DNA from: Bacteroidota bacterium
GTDB taxonomy: Bacteria > Bacteroidota > Bacteroidia > Cytophagales > UBA9547
Direction: 5' to 3'
DNA: 64,000 nt
Assembly: GCA_033763735.1 (NCBI GenBank)
Contig: JANRJY010000025.1
Coordinates: forward strand, 9,917 to 73,916
Positions 1 to 8,496 of this stretch are shown here, one piece after another (the stretch's first letter is position 1; each line of letters begins with the position of its first letter). The notes under the pieces are model-generated. The model saw only the letters and a program-made list of their open reading frames with translations, did not search any database and was not told where the DNA came from. Both the position numbers and the translations under genes were made by a program.

Positions 1-1276
1 CCATTTTATGTTCTTCATCTGTTACTTTTAGCGGAGAGATAAGATCCGTTACTTTTAATAAGATAAATGATCCTACGAAAGCAAAAGCGCTTACAATTAC
101 TAATGCCATTAAATGAGTAAAGAATAATTTGGTTTCGCCAAATAATAATCCATTACCAGTAGTATTAGCAGAATTAACAGCTGTATGAGCAAAAATACCG
201 GTAAGTATCATCCCCATCATACCACCAACTCCATGGCAAGGAAATACATCCAAAGTATCGCTTAGTGTAGATTTTGATTTCCAGTCAGCAACAATGTTAC
301 TGATGATAGCAGCAATAACTCCAATAAATATACTTGAAGGAATTGTTACAAATCCGCAAGCTGGTGTAATAGCAACCAGACCAACTACTGCTCCAATACA
401 GAAACCAAGTGCAGATGGTTTTTTGCCTTTAACAACATCAAACAATACCCAAGCAAGTCCGGCAGCACCTGATGCGGTGTTAGTAGCACCAAAAGCACTT
501 ACTGCTAAAGGACCCGCACCAACAGCCGAACCACCATTGAATCCAAACCATCCAAACCACAACAAACCAGTTCCTAATAGTACAAAAGGAATGTTGGCAG
601 GTGAATGTGGATCAGTTGCTTTATCACCTTTAAGATATATAGATGCAGCTAATGCCGCTAAACCTGCAGACATATGCACAACTGTACCACCTGCAAAATC
701 CAATACGCCTAGTCCGAACAAATATCCACTTGGATGCCAAGTCATATGTGCAAGGGGTGCATATATAAACAAGCAGAACAAGCAAATAAATAATACATAC
801 GATTGAAAACGGATTCTTTCAGAGAATGTACCACTTATCAAAGCTGGAGTAATAATTGCAAATTTCAATTGGAAGAATGCAAATAAAGCCAATGGAATTG
901 TAGGCGCAAGTGACCATGGTTTACCATCAAGTACGCCTTGAAACATAAAGAAAGTCATAGGGTTACCAATGAAACCTCCAATAGTATCGCCAAATGCAAG
1001 TGAGAAGCCAATGACTACCCACAACACACTAATGATACCCATAGCAATAAAGCTTTGAAGCATAGTAGATATGATGTTTTTACTATCAATCATACCTCCG
1101 TAGAAATAAGCCAAACCAGGCGTCATAATCAATACAAGCGCAGTTGCGGTAAGCATCCATGCTGTGTCACCGGAATTAATACCTTCAGTAACTATAGTTG
1201 TTGGTACATTAGGTGTAAATAGTGCCAGTAAGCTAACCGCTACCAACACAATAAATGGAATTATAGATTTTTTCAT
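1..1276 (-). CDS. amt: Ammonium transporter (Amt/MEP family), partial: C-terminus lies beyond the left window edge
   Basis: Absent from the ORF track because it runs off the edge. The reverse frame from the ATG at 1276-1274 stays open to position 2. The translation MKKSIIPFIVLVAVSLLALF...DFAGGTVVHMSAGLAALAAS...LDVFPCHGVGGMMGMILTGIFA is typical Amt. The listed + ORF 294..806 is its antisense shadow. Confidence 0.9.
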   Translation of the reverse strand, partial: MKKSIIPFIVLVAVSLLALFTPNVPTTIVTEGINSGDTAWMLTATALVLIMTPGLAYFYGGMIDSKNIISTMLQSFIAMGIISVLWVVIGFSLAFGDTIGGFIGNPMTFFMFQGVLDGKPWSLAPTIPLALFAFFQLKFAIITPALISGTFSERIRFQSYVLFICLFCLFIYAPLAHMTWHPSGYLFGLGVLDFAGGTVVHMSAGLAALAASIYLKGDKATDPHSPANIPFVLLGTGLLWFGWFGFNGGSAVGAGPLAVSAFGATNTASGAAGLAWVLFDVVKGKKPSALGFCIGAVVGLVAITPACGFVTIPSSIFIGVIAAIISNIVADWKSKSTLSDTLDVFPCHGVGGMMGMILTGIFAHTAVNSANTTGNGLLFGETKLFFTHLMALVIVSAFAFVGSFILLKVTDLISPLKVTDEEHKM

Positions 1277-1312
1277 ATTGAAAAAGATTAGAAGGGTTTA
1301 ATTATTAGATAA

Positions 1313-1351
1313 TTTGAGGACACAAAATAGTAAATAAATTATGTCCTCAAA
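1313..1351 (-). terminator. Intercistronic stem-loop between porin and amt (attenuator or processing site, not a clear terminator)
   Basis: TTTGAGGACA (1313-1322) pairs with TGTCCTCAAA (1342-1351), giving a 10-bp stem with a 19-nt loop in the 86-nt gap between two co-directional genes. Confidence 0.3.
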
Positions 1352-1362
1352 TTAATTTTGAA

Positions 1363-2727
1363 TTAATATTTATAGATGAAGGCAACTCCAAATGTAGTTT
1401 GAGTTGTAGTTCCACCAGGACTAACATCCCCAGTAACAGCATCTAATGCACCAATTTTGCCATCTTTATCTTCATAATATGCTACTTTTTTACCTGTGCC
1501 ATAAACATATCTTTCACCAATGTCCATTCTGAATTCAGGTTTAATTATAAGATGACCATCTGCTAATGTAATTGGAACTGTAACTGTTACACTATTATTA
1601 ATCCCTCCAAAGTACCTAACAGCATTTTGATCATTAAAAAACTCGTAGCGAACACCAACGCCAATCATATCCGTAATTTGATAATTAGGATAAAGTGCAA
1701 CACCATACCATCCAATGGTGCTTGATGAATCCATTTTTCCTGTTGTAGGATCAAGTTTGCTTGAAGCTAAGGCTTGTTTTTTATCAAAACTATACATACC
1801 ATATGCGGCATTTAAACCAATATAGAACTTACTAGTTACCTGATATCCAGTTGTTAAATCAAACAACATTCTGTTATAGTTAGGTGTTGCAAAACCTGGT
1901 TCAACTTGGTTACCTACGATTTTGTAACCATCGTCATTATGACCTCCAATAAAATTCACATAAACATTCCATCCAGAAATTGGGCTTACATAAAATTGTC
2001 CAATAACTGATTTTTGTTTTTTCCAATCTGTTAAAGCATCCCAGTTATTAACAACTCCTAACATAACACCCAATTTGTCGGAGAATGCATAATTCAATTT
2101 ACCTCCAACATGGTAGAATGGACCATTGTTGAACAGATTCGATAATGAGTAATGATAATTCACAGGAGCATCAATTACTTCGTAACCAATATGTGTTCCA
2201 AACTGACCTACAGTGAAGCTTAGTTTATCAGTAATGTTATATTTGAAATAAGCCTGTTTAATAGCAGCGGAAGTACCATAAAGAGCTTGTTTACCTCCAA
2301 TTGTTGGATAATAACCTGCAGCAGTTCCACCACCAGTACCAGCATATCCAGTAACTGCACCTGTTGCAGGATCTGTTACTGCTGTAACTCCACTTATCAT
2401 TGGGCGTACATTACCAAAGTTACCTAACTCAGCATTTGGTCCAAAGGTTAAGTCAATTACCATTTCACTTTTTGAATTGGTGTATGCAAATCGAGTTTGA
2501 ACAAGTCCCAACCCAAATTGATCGGTAACCCTATCAAAAGCTCTACCAGCAGATGCTCCTAATAATTGTCCGGATTTTGGATTATTAAATGCTGTTAAAT
2601 AGTAAGAATCTATATAACCGTTTACAGTGAATTTTCCTTCGTCTTTTTTAGTTGCCGAAGTATCTTGTGCAAAAACTGAGGCGCAGCCAAGCAGCCCCAA
2701 GGCAATCGAGTAAATTGACTTTTTCAT
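1363..2727 (-). CDS. Outer-membrane beta-barrel porin, co-oriented upstream of amt
   Basis: Signal peptide MKKSIYSIALGLLGCASVFAQ. The sequence is rich in alternating aromatic/Gly/Asn beta-strand-like stretches and ends in the aromatic terminus FIYKY. It sits directly upstream of the ammonium transporter. Confidence 0.7.
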   Translation of the reverse strand: MKKSIYSIALGLLGCASVFAQDTSATKKDEGKFTVNGYIDSYYLTAFNNPKSGQLLGASAGRAFDRVTDQFGLGLVQTRFAYTNSKSEMVIDLTFGPNAELGNFGNVRPMISGVTAVTDPATGAVTGYAGTGGGTAAGYYPTIGGKQALYGTSAAIKQAYFKYNITDKLSFTVGQFGTHIGYEVIDAPVNYHYSLSNLFNNGPFYHVGGKLNYAFSDKLGVMLGVVNNWDALTDWKKQKSVIGQFYVSPISGWNVYVNFIGGHNDDGYKIVGNQVEPGFATPNYNRMLFDLTTGYQVTSKFYIGLNAAYGMYSFDKKQALASSKLDPTTGKMDSSSTIGWYGVALYPNYQITDMIGVGVRYEFFNDQNAVRYFGGINNSVTVTVPITLADGHLIIKPEFRMDIGERYVYGTGKKVAYYEDKDGKIGALDAVTGDVSPGGTTTQTTFGVAFIYKY

Positions 2728-3125
2728 AGAATTGTTTTTTAGGGTATTGAATTAATATTTAATTAGAATTTAATACAAACATAATAATAAAAGTATACCA
2801 TCACAATTTTTTATACATTTTTTTTGAAACAAGGTTTAAATTTTAACGTAGTATTTCATTTTTTATACTTTTTTTGGAAATACATGTATTTTATTAATGT
2901 TTAATTACAAATATCATTATATGATAAAATAGGAATATTTAGTTGTTATTTCACAAAGAGATTATAATATGTAAAATATAATTGTTTCTTAGTAAAATAC
3001 AATCTGTTTAAGTATTTCTACTTATATGTATCACAAAAAATGTAATTATTTTAAACAAGTTGCTTTGATTATGCGTTTATATTAAATAGATTTGAATTAT
3101 AGAGTTTTTTTTAACCACCTTTTAC

Positions 3126-4568
3126 ATGTCCAAGCTAAAAAATATAGTAAAACAACTTTCAGAGAAAGATTATCTCGAAATTGTAGCTTCCCTACAAGAT
3201 AGTAATGCAGAAAAATCAGCTTCATTACTTAAATATTTGAAAGAACGCCAGCTTTCAGATGCAAAAATAATGGTAGAATTAGACGTCAACCCCAATGCGT
3301 ATTACACACTTCGTTCGCGTTTGAATGAAAAAATCGAAGATTATTTAGTAAAACAAATGGAAAGTCCCAAAACGGACTTATTACGTAAGGTTGCAAATAT
3401 TAGTGAAATAATTTTCACTAAAAAGAAGACTATAGTTGTAGCTACACTCAAAAAACTCGAAAAAGAACTTTTGGATTATGACTTATCCAGTGAGCTTATC
3501 ATTGTATACAAAAATCTTAAAAAACAACATATCAATACTCCTGAACATTATCATTACTCACAACTATATAACAAGCACGTTGCTTATATGTTGGCAATTG
3601 ATAAAGCAGAATCAATTTTGGCAGATTATTTCAAAAAATTTGGTTCTTTGTTTTTAAGTGGTGATGAACTTATCAAAACAGAATTAACTCTATTGTGTAA
3701 GGAGATTAAAAATATTTCTCATTTATACCAATCACATCGGTTATATGTGTACCAAAGTTGTATGACTCTTTTTCATCGTTTTTTTGTAGAATATCCTTCA
3801 AAAAACACGGAAGAAGAAAAAACGGAGGTTATTTTTGAAAAAATAGATGAAATATTTGACACATATCCTTCTGACGCAACTTATCATCATCTTCAAATAG
3901 TATCTGATTATTTGAAGTTATGTTACTACACTGAAACCAAAAACACTAAAAAAGCTGAAAAGTATTTTGAAGAAGTAAAGGACTCTGCAGGAATATTTAT
4001 TGCGAATTATAGCTTATACACCTTTCCTCAAATGTTTTTTTTATATTCTTTAAATAAATGTACCAATCCCGACATTGCTAAAGCAATTATTGAAGAAAAC
4101 AAAGCAATATTTGCTGATTTTGAATGTGAATCGTCTGATATTTCCAAGTTTGTTACTTACAACTGTTACAGAGCCTTGTTGTATTTTTATGCTCAAAAAT
4201 ATGATATGTCATCCAAAATCATTAATACCATGTTGAATGATGTAAGCTTGAAAAAATATCCGGAACTATATGTTGAAACAAAAACTTTTCAAGCATTAAC
4301 TTATTGTTTGATTGATGATTATGATTTGTTTAATCAGTTGATGAATAGTATTCAAAGACAAGTGAGAATGCTAGGCAAAAAACGTTTGGAGCATATTACT
4401 TATCTGTCCAAAGCAATGAAAACTTCATTGAGTACAACCCCAAGTAGAGGTAAAACTGCAAAACTGAAGATGTTGGTGAACAAAATCAACATGAGCCACA
4501 TCAAATACTTTAGCCCATTGAAATTGGTGAAATTTGATGAATTCTTAATGGAAAAATTAAGTAGCTAG
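3126..4568 (+). CDS. Hypothetical helical-repeat protein with a possible N-terminal helix-turn-helix
   Basis: Clean 480-aa ORF. The segment LSDAKIMVELDVNPNAYYTLRSRLNEKI looks HTH-like, and the remainder is helical and TPR-like by eye. Function unknown. Confidence 0.5.
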   Translation: MSKLKNIVKQLSEKDYLEIVASLQDSNAEKSASLLKYLKERQLSDAKIMVELDVNPNAYYTLRSRLNEKIEDYLVKQMESPKTDLLRKVANISEIIFTKKKTIVVATLKKLEKELLDYDLSSELIIVYKNLKKQHINTPEHYHYSQLYNKHVAYMLAIDKAESILADYFKKFGSLFLSGDELIKTELTLLCKEIKNISHLYQSHRLYVYQSCMTLFHRFFVEYPSKNTEEEKTEVIFEKIDEIFDTYPSDATYHHLQIVSDYLKLCYYTETKNTKKAEKYFEEVKDSAGIFIANYSLYTFPQMFFLYSLNKCTNPDIAKAIIEENKAIFADFECESSDISKFVTYNCYRALLYFYAQKYDMSSKIINTMLNDVSLKKYPELYVETKTFQALTYCLIDDYDLFNQLMNSIQRQVRMLGKKRLEHITYLSKAMKTSLSTTPSRGKTAKLKMLVNKINMSHIKYFSPLKLVKFDEFLMEKLSS

Positions 4569-4981
4569 ATTCCTTCTGAAATTTTTGATAAATTTTCTTG
4601 AGTAAGAGGCTTGTTCAAATATTTGAGCACAAAAGCATTTTTCTTAGATTTTGATATATCTTTTGGATCAAGCGATGAAGTTAGCAAAACAATTTTACAA
4701 AAGTTTTTAGTAGAATCGTTTAGCTTTTCAAATTCATCAATAAATTGAAAACCGTCCATTAAAGGCATATCTATGTCTAAAAAAATAAGTTTAGGTAAAA
4801 ATTTGTCGGTAGAGTCTTTAATTTTTTCGATATTTTTCAAATATTCCAAAGCACTTTTTGCTCCGGAATGAACAAAAATATTATCGGCCAAACCTACTGA
4901 TTCAATCATTTTTTGATTAATTAAATTGTCAATCTCATTGTCATCAATAAGCATAACGGCATTTAATTTTTGAGTTTTCAT
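4565..4981 (-). CDS. Stand-alone response regulator receiver (CheY-like REC domain only)
   Basis: Acidic pocket MLIDDNEID, phospho-acceptor context IFLDIDMPLMDG, LLTSS, and NKPL with the conserved Lys. At 138 aa it has no output domain. Confidence 0.85.
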   Translation of the reverse strand: MKTQKLNAVMLIDDNEIDNLINQKMIESVGLADNIFVHSGAKSALEYLKNIEKIKDSTDKFLPKLIFLDIDMPLMDGFQFIDEFEKLNDSTKNFCKIVLLTSSLDPKDISKSKKNAFVLKYLNKPLTQENLSKISEGI

Positions 4982-5135
4982 GAATAAAGAGTTTATAATA
5001 TTTTCGAATGTAAAATATGTTGTTAAAAGATATCAATCATGTGATATGCAATAATAGCACTTTTTGAATTAAAAGGCATCAATTTTGTCAACAAATTGGC
5101 TTTGAAAAAATAAAAACAACAATTGAATATAAATT

Positions 5136-5163
5136 AAAAGTGCCACAAATTGTGGCACTTTTA
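5136..5163 (-). terminator. Rho-independent-type terminator after the DAHP synthase/chorismate mutase gene
   Basis: AAAAGTGCCAC-AAATT-GTGGCACTTTT. A GC-containing inverted repeat is flanked by an A-run and a T-run, immediately 3' of the minus-strand stop at 5170. Confidence 0.6.
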
Positions 5164-5169
5164 AACTTT

Positions 5170-6276
5170 TTAGTGATGCACTTCTACATCCTTGTTCATT
5201 ATCTCATTTTGCTGTCTGATAGATTCGCCATGGATTGCTGTGAGGAAAGTTTCCATAAATTCTTCAGAAAGCCCTTTATTTTTAGCTTCTTTTATGCGAG
5301 TTTCCATGATATCTTGCCATCGATCTGATTGCAAAATAGTGATATTATTATCTTTTTTATATGTGCCTATTTCTTTAGCAATTTCCATACGTTTCGAAAT
5401 CAAGCTCACAATATCTTTATCAAGACTATCAATAACATCACGTAGTTCTTCAAGCTTATTAATAAAAACAGGGTCCGTACTTACTCTGTCTCTAATTACC
5501 AAACTGTTCAATATATCATTAAGTACATCAGGCGTAACTTGTTGTTTGGCATCACTTAAAGCAACTTTAGGATTGATGTGTGACTCAATCATAAGTCCAT
5601 CATAATCCAAATCCATAGCTTTTTGAGCTACAAACTGGATGTATTCGGTTGTACCGCAAATATGACTTGGGTCGCAAATCATTGGCAAATTAGGAATACG
5701 TCTTCTCAATTCAAGAGCCAATTCCCACATGGGTTTGTTTCTATATTCTGATTTTATAGTTGTTGAAAAACCTCTGTGAATAGCACCTAATCGAGTGATT
5801 CCGGCTTTATTCAAACGTTCCAATCCACCAATCCAAAGTTCAAGATCAGGATTAATAGGATTTTTAACAAATACCGGCACATCTATTCCTTTAAGGGCAT
5901 CCGCAATTTCTTGCATTCCAAAAGGATTAACGGTAGTACGCGCACCTATCCAAAGAATTTGAACACCTGCTTTAAGGGCTTGTTCTAAGTGAGTGGCATT
6001 TGCTATTTCAGTTGCCACAGGTAACCCTACAGCTTTACCGGCATCCGTAAGCCAGCTAAGTCCTTCCATTCCAATGCCTTCAAAAGTACCAGGACGTGTA
6101 CGTGGCTTCCAAATACCAGCTCTGATAACCGAAACTTTTTTATTTTTGGCAACATTCACTACTGTTTCCATTACTTGCTCCGGACTTTCTGCACTGCAAG
6201 GGCCAGAAATAATCACAGGAGACTTTAAGCTGTATCCCCACTGCTCCAGCGGAAGTATGTTTAAATCAATTGTCAT
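5170..6276 (-). CDS. Bifunctional 3-deoxy-7-phosphoheptulonate (DAHP) synthase type I-beta / chorismate mutase type II
   Basis: The N-terminal two-thirds carry the DAHPS/KDO8PS-type motifs IISGPCSAES and MICDPSHICG. The C-terminal ~90 aa (LEELRDVIDSLDKDIVSLISKRMEIAKEIGTYK...) is a chorismate mutase II helix bundle. Confidence 0.85.
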   Translation of the reverse strand: MTIDLNILPLEQWGYSLKSPVIISGPCSAESPEQVMETVVNVAKNKKVSVIRAGIWKPRTRPGTFEGIGMEGLSWLTDAGKAVGLPVATEIANATHLEQALKAGVQILWIGARTTVNPFGMQEIADALKGIDVPVFVKNPINPDLELWIGGLERLNKAGITRLGAIHRGFSTTIKSEYRNKPMWELALELRRRIPNLPMICDPSHICGTTEYIQFVAQKAMDLDYDGLMIESHINPKVALSDAKQQVTPDVLNDILNSLVIRDRVSTDPVFINKLEELRDVIDSLDKDIVSLISKRMEIAKEIGTYKKDNNITILQSDRWQDIMETRIKEAKNKGLSEEFMETFLTAIHGESIRQQNEIMNKDVEVHH

Positions 6277-6362
6277 TTTTTAATTTTATTCTTATTTTAC
6301 AAAATAGATATAACAACGAAGGTACGAATAATTACGAATTGAGGATTAAAATATTTGAGAAT

Positions 6363-7523
6363 TTAATTTACAGCAGCGATTCGTTCGTATGCCAAATTAA
6401 GGTCTTCCACAGGTGTACAAACCGATATTCGCAAATAACCTTCGCCATTAGACCCAAAAATAAAACCGGGTGTGATAAATACGTGTGCTTTTTGAAGATA
6501 ATACTCTGTGAATTCCTCTGAAGTTTTAAATTTTGAAGGTATTCGTCCCCACATAAACATACCAACTTGCCTTTTATTATAGACGGACCCGATGGTGTCC
6601 ATTATTTTCCATATCACTTCTCTTCGTTTCTCATAAATATCGTTTTGAGCTTTATGCCATTCAGGTGTATTGTGAGTGGCTGCAGCTGCGGCATGTTGTA
6701 TTGGCAAAAAGTGACCTGAGTCAATATTGCTTTTAACTTTAAGAATACTATGAATGTAATCGGCTGCCCCAACTACCAACCCAACACGCCAGCCAGCCAT
6801 ATTATGTGATTTGCTCATAGAATTGAGTTCCAATGCCACCTCTTTAGCCCTTGGATATTTGAGAATACTCAACTGATTATAGTTGAGAATAGAACTATAT
6901 GGATTGTCGTGCACTAACAATATTTTGTGTTTTAAAGCAAAGTCAATATACTTTTTGAACACTTCTTCTGATGCAGGTGCTCCAGTGGGCATGTTAGGGT
7001 AATTGAGCCACATAATTTTTACTTTAGATAAATCTTGTTTATCTAAAGCTTCAAAATCAGGATAATAACCGTTTTTTTCTAGCAAATCATAGGTCCTAAT
7101 TTTAGCTTTTGCTATTCTGCTTGCTGAAGAATAAGTGGGATAACCGGGATTTGGAACCAATACTTCATCGCCCGGATCAAGGAAAGTAAGTGAAATATGC
7201 ATAATTCCTTCTTTAGAACCCAAAAGTGGCAACACCTCAGTATCCGGGTCTAAATCAACTCCATACAAATCGCGATACTTGTCAGTAAAACCTTTTCTGA
7301 ATTCTTTTAATCCAATATAACTTTGATATCCATGATTGTGTGGATTTGAAGCTGAATCAACTAATGCTTTAATAGTGTTGTTGGAGGGTGGCAAATCAGG
7401 ATTTCCAATGCCCATATTAATAACATGGATGCCGGCATCATTCATTTTTTTGATTTCCTTTAGTTTGAGTGAAAAGTAGTATTCTTTGGTTTCCTCTAAA
7501 GTGGCAGCAGGTTTGATAATCAT
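6363..7523 (-). CDS. Class I/II PLP-dependent aminotransferase (aromatic/prephenate aminotransferase candidate by context)
   Basis: LNYPNMPTG and the SMSKSHNMAGWRVG PLP-lysine motif. The gene lies between pheA and the DAHPS/CM gene. Confidence 0.8.
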   Translation of the reverse strand: MIIKPAATLEETKEYYFSLKLKEIKKMNDAGIHVINMGIGNPDLPPSNNTIKALVDSASNPHNHGYQSYIGLKEFRKGFTDKYRDLYGVDLDPDTEVLPLLGSKEGIMHISLTFLDPGDEVLVPNPGYPTYSSASRIAKAKIRTYDLLEKNGYYPDFEALDKQDLSKVKIMWLNYPNMPTGAPASEEVFKKYIDFALKHKILLVHDNPYSSILNYNQLSILKYPRAKEVALELNSMSKSHNMAGWRVGLVVGAADYIHSILKVKSNIDSGHFLPIQHAAAAATHNTPEWHKAQNDIYEKRREVIWKIMDTIGSVYNKRQVGMFMWGRIPSKFKTSEEFTEYYLQKAHVFITPGFIFGSNGEGYLRISVCTPVEDLNLAYERIAAVN

Positions 7524-7637
7524 TGTTTTTTGATGTGTTTAAGTGTTCACGTGTTAAAGTGTTCACGTTTTTGAGTTGTAGAGTTAGTGAGTTTTTGAGT
7601 TGTTAAGTTTAAAGTTTATTAGTTTTTATATATAAAG
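7524..7637. repeat. C-poor (G/T/A-rich) intergenic tract with two short direct repeats
   Basis: AAGTGTTCACGT occurs at 7541-7552 and 7557-7568 (period 16). GTTTTTGAGTTGT occurs at 7567-7579 and 7591-7603 (period 24). I count only four C residues in roughly 100 nt of the + strand. Confidence 0.7.
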
Positions 7638-8447
7638 TTAAATTCCTTTTATATAGTGTCCATGACTTTGGATATGGTTATCAAATAAAAAAGATTCCAT
7701 TTCAGAAACCGTCATTGAATATTCCAAATCGCAGAAAAATCTATAATTCCACTCTTTGCCAACAATGGGCAATGATTGAATATTAGCGATATTTACATTT
7801 TTGGTTAAAAACAAATCCATCAATTTTTTAAGTTGACCCTTTTCATTTGGGATTGAAAACGAAACTGTAGCTTTATTTGTTCCACTTTCAGTATTAGTAA
7901 TTGTTTTTTTAAGCACTAAAAATCTAGTAAAATTTCGATCACTATCCTCTATATTTGCTTTCAATATTTTTAAGTCAAATCTTTCAGCCACATTTTTTCC
8001 TGCAATTGCTGCTACACCCCTAGTTTGCTTTTCAGAAATTAACTGAGCCATGTAAGCGGTATCGATATCTTCAACTAATCGTATTTCAGGATATGATCTA
8101 AAAAACCGCATACACTGCATTATTGCCATTGGATGAGACCTAACTTCCTTAATATTTTCTAATTCTTGACCATTGAGTCCCATTAAAAAATGTTCGATTT
8201 TTAAAGAAGTTTCTGCTATTATTCTTAATCCCTGATATTGATGGAGAAGTGAATAGTTAAAAAGTATACTTCCTGCAATGGTGTTTTCAATAGCCATCAC
8301 TGCATAATCAGCCTGTCCTAAATCTAAGGCCTTAAAAAGATTAGGAAAGGAATCGCACATCACTAATTCAATATCAGAACCCAGCATTTTTTCTGCTGCT
8401 ATTGCATGAAATGAACCTGTAAATCCCTGAATTGCTACTTTAGTCAT
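7638..8447 (-). CDS. pheA: Prephenate dehydratase
   Basis: PDT domain beginning MTKVAIQGFTGSFHAIAAEKM, the TRF motif (NFTRFLVL), and a C-terminal ACT-like segment. The start is moved to the internal Met at 8447; the track ORF extends to 8495 with an implausible hydrophobic leader. Confidence 0.85.
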   Translation of the reverse strand: MTKVAIQGFTGSFHAIAAEKMLGSDIELVMCDSFPNLFKALDLGQADYAVMAIENTIAGSILFNYSLLHQYQGLRIIAETSLKIEHFLMGLNGQELENIKEVRSHPMAIMQCMRFFRSYPEIRLVEDIDTAYMAQLISEKQTRGVAAIAGKNVAERFDLKILKANIEDSDRNFTRFLVLKKTITNTESGTNKATVSFSIPNEKGQLKKLMDLFLTKNVNIANIQSLPIVGKEWNYRFFCDLEYSMTVSEMESFLFDNHIQSHGHYIKGI

Positions 8448-8496
8448 GATTATGAAAACGGGTGCAAAAGAACAGATAAAAAATGATGGTAGCAAA

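Noticed and set aside
294-806. 170-aa + strand ORF in the track
   Set aside because: It lies antisense inside a clearly recognisable ammonium transporter gene on the minus strand, and its Pro/Ala/Thr-rich translation has no protein-like features. It is a shadow ORF.
4565-4568. Convergent genes 3126..4568 (+) and 4565..4981 (-) share the palindrome CTAG as overlapping stop codons
   Set aside because: The overlap is real in the sequence, but it is a trivial consequence of TAG being contained in its own reverse complement context. There is no evidence of a functional link beyond adjacency.
5192-6283. + strand ORFs 5192..5605, 5140..5328 and 5993..6283
   Set aside because: All are antisense to the well-supported DAHP synthase/chorismate mutase gene. 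The same reasoning applies to other antisense or alternate-frame track ORFs: 6368..6565, 9232..9435, 12503..12724, 14080..14343, 15543..15752, 17365..17589, 19507..19953, 20866..21177, 21380..21637, 22499..22810, 25615..25885, 30778..31433, 31785..32063, 32289..32579, 34569..35264, 36014..36211, 37851..38129, 40841..41651, 42242..42523, 45883..46092, 46835..47050, 50747..50956, 58049..58774 and 62459..62650.
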